A stretch of DNA of 46,137 nucleotides from Candidatus Moraniibacteriota bacterium. Its GTDB lineage: Bacteria > Patescibacteriota > Minisyncoccia > Moranbacterales > UBA1568. A program made the position numbers and the translations under genes. How positions within the stretch are numbered: position 1 is the first letter of the stretch; every line of letters starts with the position of its first letter. The notes beneath the pieces are model-generated. The model saw only the letters and a list, made by a program, of their open reading frames with translations. It ran no database searches and was not told where the DNA came from. Below are positions 16,930-25,895 of this stretch, one piece after another. Location: NCBI GenBank assembly GCA_016699385.1, contig CP064974.1, positions 758,654 to 804,790 on the forward strand. The letters are read 5' to 3'.

Positions 16930-17307
16930 TCACGGCAGAGCATGCCAGCGAGTGAGCGTCACTCCTGAACCCGTCCTTTCAAAAACAACTTGTACTGCCT
17001 GGTCATATGCCCCGTTTGTACGCACCACTCCTGTCCATTGACTTCCCGATTTCGATATTGTCACTACGCAAGACCCTTCCGGATGCGTGATTGTTCCTCC
17101 AGTATACGAGGCACTTGCTCGCGAAAAAAGCAGTGTATCTTCAACACACCCATCGAGCAATCCACGAGCATTCATTCCTTCCGAAAGCGCAAAAGAAGTT
17201 TGTGCATTACTCACCGAGAGAATTGTCACCGTCACCTCAAGCGCAAGCGTAACCGCCAGAAGAATAAAGACTGTAGAAAGAACAATAAAACCTCGAGAGT
17301 ACTGCAT
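16930..17307 (-). CDS. PilX-like / minor pseudopilin (125 aa)
   Basis: ATG at 17307. MQYSRGFIVLSTVFILLAVTLALEV is a hydrophobic N-terminal helix of the PilX-N type. Sits in the pilin operon. Confidence 0.55.
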   Translation of the reverse strand: MQYSRGFIVLSTVFILLAVTLALEVTVTILSVSNAQTSFALSEGMNARGLLDGCVEDTLLFSRASASYTGGTITHPEGSCVVTISKSGSQWTGVVRTNGAYDQAVQVVFERTGSGVTLTRWHALP

Positions 17308-17320
17308 ATAGAAAGACCTA

Positions 17321-17875
17321 TTAAAGAGGATTTGATCGAAGTTCAGCCGAAGACCGAATAGCAGTGGAGCTTGCATATTCGAAACGACCGCTCCCTGAAG
17401 TCGTACCAAGCTGGAGTATGAACCCAATATTTTTTGACGCTCCATCAACAGAAGAAGCATTAGTAAAAACCAATGAACTCACGACAATATTGCTCGATGT
17501 AAGAGCAACAGGCGCCGAGGCACCAAGTGCAACCCGAAGCGTCCCATTTGAGACATCGATAACAATCGGATCACTCGGCGCGATACCTCGAAGGGTCACT
17601 TTCGATCCAGAAGTACTCGCGATATTCACGCCAAAATTCGAATTCGCCGTGTCAATATCCGTTGCCTCACGAATAAAAAACGTGAGTTTCTCGGAAGCAA
17701 GTCGAGCGTTCGAGACAACATCATGATGCGTCCCGTTCTTTGTGCCTATTCCAATCATATTCCACCCAAAAGCGACAAGCGATGTCAAAACAATGCCAGC
17801 AACAGCAACATACAAGAGCATCTCGATAAGAGTAAACCCTCGTTGTGTGTGAATTCTTTTTGATAATCTCTTCAT
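17321..17875 (-). CDS. Prepilin-type N-terminal cleavage/methylation domain protein (minor pilin, GspJ/PulJ-like size)
   Basis: ATG at 17875 (the ORF-track start at 17887 is TTG). QRGFTLIEMLLYVAVAGIVL motif. Confidence 0.85.
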   Translation of the reverse strand: MKRLSKRIHTQRGFTLIEMLLYVAVAGIVLTSLVAFGWNMIGIGTKNGTHHDVVSNARLASEKLTFFIREATDIDTANSNFGVNIASTSGSKVTLRGIAPSDPIVIDVSNGTLRVALGASAPVALTSSNIVVSSLVFTNASSVDGASKNIGFILQLGTTSGSGRFEYASSTAIRSSAELRSNPL

Positions 17876-17890
17876 ATTATCAGGCAACTC

Positions 17891-19369
17891 CTATTGTGGA
17901 GCAAATACGACAAATTCCTCCGCATTGGACGCACCTACACCAAATGCCCGATCCAATGTCCCACTATACGCAACACCAAAAAGGTTATTATTACTCGCAA
18001 CATCCACCGAACCAACCACGGACGGCGAAGATGGTGAGGAAATATTCACTACCTGAAATTCAGCGACATCACTACTCGTTGCCAAGAAAGCAAGCGTATT
18101 GGAATTTCCAAAGGTAAGAGCAATATCATTGAGTGTGTCTGACACATTCACCGAACCAAGAAGCACGGGGCTCTCCGGCGTCGAGACATCGATTGTGTAG
18201 AGATCACTTCCTCGTCCCACAAGAAGTGTTGTCCCGGCAAGCGAGACCGTCGTTGCATCCGCCGTTCCAGAAAGATTCAGTGACCCAGCAAGAGAAGGTG
18301 ACGACGGCGTTGAAATATTCACTACCTGTACTTCCTGAGTATCATTCGCCGACGCCACATAGGCAAAATTTCCCGAAGTAATCACTTCATTTCCATTTGC
18401 ATTGAGATTCATCGACCCAACCAACGTCGGAGCACTCGGCGTCGCGACACTTACGGCAACAAATTCATCATGTGAGCCGCTTGCGCGCACCACATACACC
18501 ATTGTGCCATTCATAAACACTCCAGAAGCATTTTCTCCGCCAGGAATATTAAATGTACCTACGACACTTGGTGACGATGGCGTTGCAACATTCACCATCT
18601 GAAGTTCCTGATTATTATTCTTGTTCGAAACAGCGGCAAGTCCACCAGAAAGAGCAATATTGGTGGGTGTTCCCGTAAGAGTAAGCGATCCCATCATGAC
18701 AGGATTTGCTGGATTGCTCACATCAATGATGAGGAAATTCGGACTTCCACTTGGACGAATCATGTAAATAAAATTTCCCTGCGAACGTATCTTGATACCA
18801 TTGTTCGTACCGGGTGCATCTAAACTCGCAATCTGCGTCGGGTTTGTCCAGTCTCCACCGCTACTCACCGGCAGATGCCAGTCAGTCAAATAAGAGACAA
18901 ATGAAAGCGCATTGATTCTCGAAACCGAAACCGGCCATGTCACCGTCGACGTCACCTTTCGACTGAGGGGATCATTTGTTCCACCGCTTGCAACGACATT
19001 CCCGTTTCCATCACGAGAAACCGGAGCAACCGACACCGTTCGCACATATTTCCCATACGACGTCGACGCACCCGAAAACGCCCAGACACCGCCCGATCCC
19101 ACACGATCAATACCGGAAGAAGCTGTCGTTGTAAGCGACGCAAACGATTGATTCTTCATCGAGCGAAGCGCTTCGAGTCCTTCACTTGCATAGTTCGACG
19201 CAACACTCTCTTCTTCTGCAAGTCGATCCGCTTGGAGTCCCTGCAAAAGAAGCGCAATCGCTCCCGACGCAAACACAGCAAAAAGCGCCGCTCCGAGAAG
19301 TACCTCGACGACGGAAAATCCGCGACACGCGCGAGCCTGAACAGAGTATTTCCAATCATGCCTATTCAC
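17891..19369 (-). CDS. Large pilin-like protein: prepilin N-terminus fused to an LVIVD-repeat beta-propeller (putative tip adhesin)
   Basis: GTG start. CRGFSVVEVLLGAALFAVF prepilin motif. Six repeats of h-x-h-h-D/N-V/I-S-x-P-x-x-P-x-h-h-G-S (FLIIDVSNPANPVMMGS, LQMVNVATPSSPSVVGT, FVAVSVATPSAPTLVGS, VQVVNISTPSSPSLAGS, LYTIDVSTPESPVLLGS, FQVVNISSPSSPSVVGS). Confidence 0.8.
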   Translation of the reverse strand: MNRHDWKYSVQARACRGFSVVEVLLGAALFAVFASGAIALLLQGLQADRLAEEESVASNYASEGLEALRSMKNQSFASLTTTASSGIDRVGSGGVWAFSGASTSYGKYVRTVSVAPVSRDGNGNVVASGGTNDPLSRKVTSTVTWPVSVSRINALSFVSYLTDWHLPVSSGGDWTNPTQIASLDAPGTNNGIKIRSQGNFIYMIRPSGSPNFLIIDVSNPANPVMMGSLTLTGTPTNIALSGGLAAVSNKNNNQELQMVNVATPSSPSVVGTFNIPGGENASGVFMNGTMVYVVRASGSHDEFVAVSVATPSAPTLVGSMNLNANGNEVITSGNFAYVASANDTQEVQVVNISTPSSPSLAGSLNLSGTADATTVSLAGTTLLVGRGSDLYTIDVSTPESPVLLGSVNVSDTLNDIALTFGNSNTLAFLATSSDVAEFQVVNISSPSSPSVVGSVDVASNNNLFGVAYSGTLDRAFGVGASNAEEFVVFAPQ

Positions 19370-19396
19370 ACTCTTATTGTACCACGAAGATATTCT

Positions 19397-20143
19397 CTAT
19401 CCCGTCCAATCGAGAAAACTTTTGAGCGCACGACGAAGCAAGAGGGTCGTTTCGCGGTCGATAAATAATTTCGGAAGCGATGGAAGCGCATTCGCAAAAA
19501 GTATGCGCAAAAATTTCACCGCATTTTCCCCAAAGGGAAGCGCAATTTCTGCCATCTCGCAATGTCTCGAGCACACAATTCCGCCCAAATCAGGACTGAA
19601 GAAATATCGTTCACCAGGAAGGAGCGCTTCTCGCCCAGCAGCACAGAGACGTACTTCGACCGAGTAGCCAAGCCGAGACAGAAATTTCCAAAAAAATCCC
19701 TGCGAAAGCAGAAAAACTTTTTCAAGAAATCGTACTTCTTCATCCGCATTCTCCCGCGGAAGCACACTCACGATTTCAAGCGATCGAAGAAAATTCAAGA
19801 GAAGCGCAAAAAGCTCCGAATCAACTTCATCCTCCTCAACCCTTGCGTCAACCGCCGACACCGCCTCGAGCGCTGCACGAAGCGATGTTTCGTTTCGGCG
19901 AACATTCGGGAAAAATTCTTCGGCAAGTGCACCCGCGATATTCCCTCTCCCACGATTCCTCATAATCGAAAGACTCGCGAGATTGATTGTCTCGAGTTGC
20001 CCTGCAAGCTTCGCCACAGGCTTCCGCACGCCCCGCGCGATCGCTCGCACCTTCCCACTCTCGAGCGTCAACAGCGAATACATCCGGTCTGTCTCGCCCG
20101 TATCGCGCTTCTTGAGAACTATAGCCGTGTAGGAGAGTTGCAT
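19397..20143 (-). CDS. recO: DNA repair protein RecO
   Basis: N-terminal OB-fold pattern TAIVLKKRDTGETDRMYSLLTLESGKVRAIARGVRKP. 248 aa. Confidence 0.85.
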   Translation of the reverse strand: MQLSYTAIVLKKRDTGETDRMYSLLTLESGKVRAIARGVRKPVAKLAGQLETINLASLSIMRNRGRGNIAGALAEEFFPNVRRNETSLRAALEAVSAVDARVEEDEVDSELFALLLNFLRSLEIVSVLPRENADEEVRFLEKVFLLSQGFFWKFLSRLGYSVEVRLCAAGREALLPGERYFFSPDLGGIVCSRHCEMAEIALPFGENAVKFLRILFANALPSLPKLFIDRETTLLLRRALKSFLDWTG

Positions 20144-20167
20144 GGAAACGGAACGCTGAATGGAAAA

Positions 20168-20707
20168 TTATGAGTCCTGCAAAAAACGAAGGGCATGACC
20201 AACATTTGTTTCGTGAGACTGCGACATATCAAGAAAAAGTTTCGGATCGGGCATTATAGAATAATCGAAATTGCTCGGAACCCAATTCCTATCGAAATCT
20301 TGGTGTGAATGATGCCGATTTCCTGAAGCTACCCTCTCAGAGAACCTCTTCTTACGCTCCACTTCATCCTTAAGCTCGCAAACAATAATTTTCATATCAA
20401 CGCCCAAGTCATTCTGCCATCGCTCAAAAATTCCAGGATTCGATGGGTGATTGAACGGCGACTCAATCATAATATCAACACCGTTCCGTATGGATTCTTC
20501 TGCCAAGTGAAACAGAAGCTCCATGGATATCATCCCTGCATTTCTGCTTTCTTTGAGAGAACCTCCTCCAAGCAAATCAAATAGACGCTCCTTGAGAGTG
20601 TCCTTGTGAAGACAGAAAATATTCAGTTTCTTAGACAATTCAACAGAAAGCGTCGTCTTCCCCACGCCGGCTTGCCCGCACACAACAACAACTCGACCCA
20701 TAGCCAT
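20168..20707 (-). CDS. P-loop ATPase/kinase (AAA_33-like)
   Basis: Walker A VVVVCGQAGVGKTT. About 180 aa, nucleotide/small-molecule kinase-like size. Confidence 0.75.
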   Translation of the reverse strand: MAMGRVVVVCGQAGVGKTTLSVELSKKLNIFCLHKDTLKERLFDLLGGGSLKESRNAGMISMELLFHLAEESIRNGVDIMIESPFNHPSNPGIFERWQNDLGVDMKIIVCELKDEVERKKRFSERVASGNRHHSHQDFDRNWVPSNFDYSIMPDPKLFLDMSQSHETNVGHALRFLQDS

Positions 20708-20717
20708 CTCAAAATAT

Positions 20718-20888
20718 TTATTCCAACTTCCGCCCGATCACAAAGCCAACATAAATACCTACAAATCCCCCAATCATACTCCAGAAAATTGAAGCAATGG
20801 AAAATACACTCCCTCCCCACAAAACAGGAACATATCCCCCAACACTACTCCCAACAATAAGAAAGAAAAATATGAGTTTTTTAGTCAT
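20718..20888 (-). CDS. Small two-TM membrane protein (56 aa), absent from the ORF track
   Basis: My own translation: MTKKLIFFFLIVGSSVGGYVPVLWGGSVFSIASIFWSMIGGFVGIYVGFVIGRKLE. Its ATG overlaps the TGA of the upstream gene (ATGA at 20885-20888). The next gene starts 10 nt after its TAA. Confidence 0.5.
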   Translation of the reverse strand: MTKKLIFFFLIVGSSVGGYVPVLWGGSVFSIASIFWSMIGGFVGIYVGFVIGRKLE

Positions 20889-21742
20889 ACGCGTTTCGAT
20901 GCTTTTAATATATCTTGATGTAATATTTCATTTGATGCTGCTACCGGATAATACCGGTATTCCAAATCCTCTTCAAAAATCTTCAGATACTTTCCCGCGT
21001 CAAACACCTCACCATCTCTATCAGTCACTCGACACCCAGCCCCTTGCGCCACTGACGCAGCAAACATTTCATACAGCGGCTCACCTCCAATTGGGTCGAG
21101 ATATGCATCGATTTTTCCAAAAGCCAAACGAAACCAATATATGTGCCCACTTCCAACTACGAGGCGTTTTGATTTTTCAAAAATATCCTTTACTTCACTG
21201 CTGCGTATTCTTTCTCTCTCATTTTCCAATGCAATAGCAACCCATGATTCTTCTACTTTTTCCACATCATCCTTTTCTGCACTCATTTGCATTCCATATA
21301 CCACATCAAAGAATTTCGTTGGTTGAGTTCCCTCTACCAAAGCAAAAACACCGAGTTGATAGTCCAACACACCGGAAGCAAGGAGTGTATAGTCCCACGA
21401 AAAAACCGAGATGCCACAGGCGCCATCCAAAAAACCGCGCGAAGCAAGCGTGCTATTGCAAAACGGATCAAAGATAACGCGATATTCATTTTTTTCACCC
21501 AGAGTGTACAACCTACTTTCTTCCGAAAATATTCTCCCTTCTAAACCATACTCCCGAATCTTGTCCTTAATAATCCTATCGAGCTCCACATCGAAAGAAT
21601 ACTGGATGTTATTCCCCCGATCGACTCCATCAACTCTCAGAGCGAGTCGTTCAGAAAATTTCTTGTAATCTGTCAGGTAAGGAAGAATGAAGTTCCTCGC
21701 TGCCCGGAACGTATCAAGATAGAACTCGTTGAAATTTATCAT
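20885..21742 (-). CDS. Inositol monophosphatase/FBPase-fold family protein (divergent)
   Basis: IFSEES, VIFDPFCNST (compare DPxDGT) and AASVAQGAGCRVTDRDGE (compare WDxAAGxxxxxEAGGxVTD). The ATG at 21742 overlaps the ileS TGA (ATGA). The ORF-track start at 21757 is TTG. Confidence 0.55.
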   Translation of the reverse strand: MINFNEFYLDTFRAARNFILPYLTDYKKFSERLALRVDGVDRGNNIQYSFDVELDRIIKDKIREYGLEGRIFSEESRLYTLGEKNEYRVIFDPFCNSTLASRGFLDGACGISVFSWDYTLLASGVLDYQLGVFALVEGTQPTKFFDVVYGMQMSAEKDDVEKVEESWVAIALENERERIRSSEVKDIFEKSKRLVVGSGHIYWFRLAFGKIDAYLDPIGGEPLYEMFAASVAQGAGCRVTDRDGEVFDAGKYLKIFEEDLEYRYYPVAASNEILHQDILKASKRV

Positions 21743-24700
21743 ACGCGTCTTAGCCAAAAGGTGAATTTCTCTCCTTCAATATTTACCTCTTCCGAATATT
21801 CTGCATCGGGAAGCGCTTCGTTTTTCACTTCTGTCGCGAGCACTTCCTTCTCTATCGTCTCCTTCAAATTCGGAACACTTTGACTCGCATCCCCAGAAAA
21901 AGCAAAGACTGTCTCTTCCCCGGAATATCCTAATACAATTCTATCCTCCACATTAAATCCCGCCTTCTTCCGCCCCTCCTGTATCGCGCGAATAATTTCC
22001 CTCGCCTCGCCCTCGAGTCTGAGTTCGGGGGTAATTTCGGTATCGAGACTTAACATCCACCCCCTAAGCAGCGGATCATTGAGTGACTGGAGACTAGACT
22101 GTTCCAGTCTTACTTCTTTTACATTCACTTCTTCCTTCAAAATATCCAAAAATTCTTTCTCAAGGTCTCTCAAAGGATGCTCACCATCTTTATACAAAAT
22201 CTCTAAGAAGTGCAGTGGCTGTCGAACTTTAACTCTAGCGATAGATCTTTCTTTCAAAGCATCATTTATGATATCCCGAATCATATCCATCTTCACAAGA
22301 AGATTCTCATCAAGCAATCCTTCATCAGCAACCGGAAAATCTTCCAAATGCACCGACTCTTTCTCCGTCAAATTCCGATACATCTCTTCCGCAATAAACG
22401 GCGTGAAGGGCGCCATGAGTTTCGAGAGTGTGACCAATATGTCATACAACGTTTGATACGCGTCATCCTTATCCGCATCGTCTTCCGATTTCCAAAATCG
22501 CTTACGACTCCGGCGGATATACCAGTTAGAAAGATGGTCGAAAAATGGCACGAGAGCGCGCACTGCTCGATTGAGTTCATACGCTTCCATCGCGCTATTC
22601 ACTTCTTTGATGAGTACCTGCAATTCCGATTGTATCCATCGATCAAGAAGATTTTCCGAAGTTACCGATGCTCCTTTCGGTTTCCATTCATCGATATTCG
22701 CATACATGACGAAAAACGAATACGTATTCCACAGCATTCGGAAAGAATTCCTCGTCGAATCAACAAGGTCTCGCTCAGAAAAATTAAAATTTTCTGCAGC
22801 AACTACCGGCGACGACAGGAGATAAAATCGAAGCGCATCTGCACCATGCTTCTCCACGATACCCATCGGGTCGGGATAATTTTTGAGTTTCTTCGACATT
22901 TTCTTGCCATCTTCGGCAAGCACCGTACCATTCACAATCACATGTTGAAATGCATTTGAATCTCGAAGACTGACACCAAGAACATGAAGATAATAAAACC
23001 ACGCGCGCGTCTGATCGACGCCTTCTGCAATAAACTGCGCTGGAAATCCCGTTTCAAATTTCTCACGATTCTCAAACGGGTAATGCATTTCAGCATACGG
23101 CATCGACCCGCTATCAAACCACGTGTCGAGCACGTCAGGAATGCGATGCATTTCTTTTTTGCATTTTCTGCACAAAACAGTTATTGCATCAACAGTGTGC
23201 TTGTGAAGATCTTCAATTTTTTTTCCACTTGCATCTTCCAATTCTTTTGCCGATCCGAATACACTCATTTCTCCGCACTCGCATTTCCATATCGGCATCA
23301 CACTTGCCCAATACCGCTGTCGTGAAATAGACCAATCCCTCGCACCTTCGAGCCACTTGCCAAACCGCCCTTCTTTGATATGTTCCGGTGACCACTGAAT
23401 ATTCTTCGCGAGTTCAAGTGCGCGATCTTTCACATTCGTCACCTTCACAAACCACGATGAAGTCGCATAATTAAGAAGCGGCGTATCACATCGCCAACAA
23501 TGCGGATAGCTATGTTCATATTTTCTTGAAGCAAAAAATAAATCATTTTTCTCCAAGTATCTTTTCACATCTATATCTATTTCGCGGACTTCCTCGACTT
23601 TCCCTTTAGCTTTTTCACTTAAGTCCCTTCCAGCAAAATCTCTTACTTCTTCTTTCATTGTCCCATCCATATTTACATGTTGGACAAATGGCAAATTCTT
23701 TTCCTTGCCAAGATTCATATCATCTTCCCCAAACGCCGGCGCAATATGCACCACTCCTGTTCCCTCCTCCGTATTCACAAAATCCGCCGCATAAATCTTC
23801 CAGCCATTCTCTCTATTCTCAAGATTCTTGTCTTTTTCGTAATAATCAAAGAGTGGTTTATAAGACTTCCCAACAAGATCAGCGCCTTTCACAAGTTCAA
23901 CATCATATTTTTTATAGATCTCTTCCCAAGATAAGTGCGCCAAAATATCATCATTCAATCCTGATGCATCATCAAATATATCCCTCAATTCTGTTAAACC
24001 AGCATTGGCACTCAAGTTACACTGAAGAATATTCCTCGCAACAATATATTTTCCAGGTCTTATTGGACTATCAGACAATCTCTCTCCTGAATCCGGATTA
24101 AGTCTCGACCTATATTCCAAATCTTTTTTATTGATAATGGCGTATTCAATATCCTCCCCAACTGCCAAAGCCACATTCCCTGGCAATGTCCAGGGCGTCG
24201 TCGTCCATGCAAGAACAAACGTATTCGGCTCATCAACGAGTTCAAACTTCGCCACAACCGATAGGTCTTTCACTGTCACATATCCCTCCGAAACTTCTTG
24301 CTGTGAAAGCGTCGTCTCGCATCGCGGGCAAATATGCATCGATCGATAGCTCTCATAGATAAGTCCCTTATCCCAGAGTTCCTTGAACACCCACCATACG
24401 GATTCCATATAGTCACGATCCATGGTTCGATAGGCATGCTTCATATCTGCCCACCGTCCGATGCGCGGAATAATCCTTTCCCACTCGGCAGCAAATTCCA
24501 AAACTTTCGATCGGCAAAACTCATTGAATTTCGCGACGCCAAGCGCTTCGATATCTTTCTTATGTTTAATGTCAAGTTCTTTCTCTGCAATATTCTCTAT
24601 CGGCAAACCATGACAATCCCATCCCCATTTCCGCTCAACCTGAAACCCGCGCATCGTCCAATACCGCGGCACAGCATCCTTCAAGATATTCCCTACAATG

Positions 24701-24873
24701 TGACCATAGTGAGGTGTCCCAGTTGCAAAGGGCGGTCCATCATAAAAAGTATATCTCGGCGATCCCTCGCGATTTGTCACCGACTTCTCAAATATTTTTT
24801 CCTCCTCCCAAAAGTCGAGAATCTCTTCCTCCATCTTTGGCAAATTCATCTTCGAATCAACTTTTTTAAACAT
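21739..24873 (-). CDS. ileS: Isoleucine--tRNA ligase (type 2 / eukaryote-like IleRS)
   Basis: FYDGPPFATGTPHYGH (HIGH), KMSKKLKN (KMSKS). 1044 aa with a CP1 editing-domain-sized insertion. Confidence 0.97.
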   Translation of the reverse strand: MFKKVDSKMNLPKMEEEILDFWEEEKIFEKSVTNREGSPRYTFYDGPPFATGTPHYGHIVGNILKDAVPRYWTMRGFQVERKWGWDCHGLPIENIAEKELDIKHKKDIEALGVAKFNEFCRSKVLEFAAEWERIIPRIGRWADMKHAYRTMDRDYMESVWWVFKELWDKGLIYESYRSMHICPRCETTLSQQEVSEGYVTVKDLSVVAKFELVDEPNTFVLAWTTTPWTLPGNVALAVGEDIEYAIINKKDLEYRSRLNPDSGERLSDSPIRPGKYIVARNILQCNLSANAGLTELRDIFDDASGLNDDILAHLSWEEIYKKYDVELVKGADLVGKSYKPLFDYYEKDKNLENRENGWKIYAADFVNTEEGTGVVHIAPAFGEDDMNLGKEKNLPFVQHVNMDGTMKEEVRDFAGRDLSEKAKGKVEEVREIDIDVKRYLEKNDLFFASRKYEHSYPHCWRCDTPLLNYATSSWFVKVTNVKDRALELAKNIQWSPEHIKEGRFGKWLEGARDWSISRQRYWASVMPIWKCECGEMSVFGSAKELEDASGKKIEDLHKHTVDAITVLCRKCKKEMHRIPDVLDTWFDSGSMPYAEMHYPFENREKFETGFPAQFIAEGVDQTRAWFYYLHVLGVSLRDSNAFQHVIVNGTVLAEDGKKMSKKLKNYPDPMGIVEKHGADALRFYLLSSPVVAAENFNFSERDLVDSTRNSFRMLWNTYSFFVMYANIDEWKPKGASVTSENLLDRWIQSELQVLIKEVNSAMEAYELNRAVRALVPFFDHLSNWYIRRSRKRFWKSEDDADKDDAYQTLYDILVTLSKLMAPFTPFIAEEMYRNLTEKESVHLEDFPVADEGLLDENLLVKMDMIRDIINDALKERSIARVKVRQPLHFLEILYKDGEHPLRDLEKEFLDILKEEVNVKEVRLEQSSLQSLNDPLLRGWMLSLDTEITPELRLEGEAREIIRAIQEGRKKAGFNVEDRIVLGYSGEETVFAFSGDASQSVPNLKETIEKEVLATEVKNEALPDAEYSEEVNIEGEKFTFWLRRV

Positions 24874-24885
24874 AGGCGTCTTATG

Positions 24886-25100
24886 AAAAACAAAAAATCC
24901 TCAACGCAAAGCCTGCGCCAAGGACGTCCGAAATATTTCGCAACGTGGTACCACCTTGTTTCTCCCTTTCCACTCTCGCAAGATTGGGACTCATTTCCGC
25001 TATAACGGGCGCTCCCGGGAGAATCTACTCTCTTGCCATGTACACAAAACAAGATTTCTCTCTCCGGCTCCGAGATGATAATCTCATCAACGCCAATACA
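24886..25100 (-). promoter_or_regulatory. T-box riboswitch (tRNA-sensing transcription attenuator) in the ileS leader
   Basis: Minus-strand RNA: ...AACAAGG-UGGUACC-ACGUUGCGAAAUAUUUCGGACGU-CCUUGG... This is the canonical antiterminator: helix A1 CAAGG/CCUUG, a 7-nt bulge UGGUACC, and helix A2. The competing terminator CCUUGGCGCA-GGCUU-UGCGUUGAGG plus AUUUUUUGUUUUU ends 12 nt before the ileS ATG. A GUUGAUGAG K-turn-like motif lies upstream. Confidence 0.85.
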
Positions 25101-25139
25101 GAAAACGTATCACGATTCCCTACCACGAAGCAAGTCCCC

Positions 25140-25167
25140 TGGACAAGTCTCCAAAATTTTGTAGAAT
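25140..25167 (+). promoter_or_regulatory. Candidate sigma70 promoter (TGGACA-16 nt-TAGAAT), divergent from the ileS leader
   Basis: TGGACA at 25140-25145 and TAGAAT at 25162-25167. Confidence 0.45.
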
Positions 25168-25216
25168 GACAATGTTTTCCAACAGATCATTAACAAACAA
25201 AGAAAGAGGCTGCAAC

Positions 25217-25402
25217 ATGCGCAGAAATACCCATAACATGCTAATGCACAGGATATCTCAGGAAAGGACACTCTCCATCGCCACACGACGTCGAATTAGC
25301 TCCCGATATCCCCATAAAGACCCTCTTGAGAATGCCTTGGACAAATCAGGGGCAGATGAGGTTATTTTCATCCCCAATGAAACGCAGCAGAGAAAAACGT
25401 AA
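25217..25402 (+). CDS. Possible 61-aa basic protein (or the transcript is a non-coding sRNA)
   Basis: ATG at 25217 with AGAGG 7 nt upstream. The stop TAA at 25400-25402 lies inside a terminator hairpin. The upstream ATGs of ORF 25166-25402 lie within or before the predicted -10 and so are probably not transcribed. Confidence 0.3.
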   Translation: MRRNTHNMLMHRISQERTLSIATRRRISSRYPHKDPLENALDKSGADEVIFIPNETQQRKT

Positions 25403-25419
25403 AACGTTTTTTCTTTTTT
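25394..25419 (+). terminator. AT-rich terminator candidate
   Basis: AAAACGU-AAA-ACGUUUU hairpin followed by UUCUUUUUUC. Confidence 0.4.
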
Positions 25420-25867
25420 CAAATCGAAACAGTTCTCCCCTCGCACGATAAAGGAAAGAACAAATGAAGTTACTCCCCGAGGCAAAGAAACATACTTCGT
25501 TTTTCCTCGTTCCACAAAGAGTAGTAAAAGATACCACGAGTATTTGCCATAAACAGCCCCCGTCAGACAGTCAGTACGAGTCACGCAATCAAAGAAAAGG
25601 AGGACGACGCCAACTTCCGCAGTGGTCACATTACCCTAGATAGAAGGAGATTCTTTTGGAGAATCCGCCTGATCAACCAGTAATGCGTTCTCAACAAGTG
25701 GTAAGCTCCCTCCGTCGTACTGCACACCACGTGAAAGAAACGCCACCAGAAGATCTCGACACTGCCACAAGCATCAAGGTGGCTTCACTAAGGGGAAGGC
25801 GAGAAAACGAAAGAAAACAAATCAAACAGCTAGTATAACTGGCTGAAGAATATAGAACCAAAACAAC

Positions 25868-25895
25868 ACGCCCGCCGCAAAACTGCGACGGGCGT
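25868..25895 (-). terminator. Terminator candidate after the histidine phosphatase gene
   Basis: ACGCCCG..CGGGCGU hairpin (plus an inner 3 bp) followed on the minus strand by GUUGUUUUGGUU. Confidence 0.45.

Noticed and set aside
14254-19369. Diversity-generating retroelement (template/variable repeat) targeting the pilins
   Set aside because: There is no reverse transcriptase in the window. The two pilin paralogs and the LVIVD repeats are similar at protein level but show no near-identical nucleotide repeat pair with A-specific differences.
25270-25312. tmRNA-like 5' motif on the minus strand (GGGGAUAUCGGGAGCUAAUUCGACG)
   Set aside because: A tmRNA starting here would have to run about 350 nt through the ileS T-box leader. 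No tRNA-like 3' end (T-arm plus acceptor complement) or tag reading frame is present downstream.
25258-25440. RNase P RNA-like CR-I string (AGGAAAGGACACUCUCCAUCG) on the plus strand
   Set aside because: No complementary P4 3' strand (GUGUCCUU-like next to ACAGAA) exists, and none of the other conserved regions (GGUGAAA, GUAAG modules) are present in the right order on either strand.
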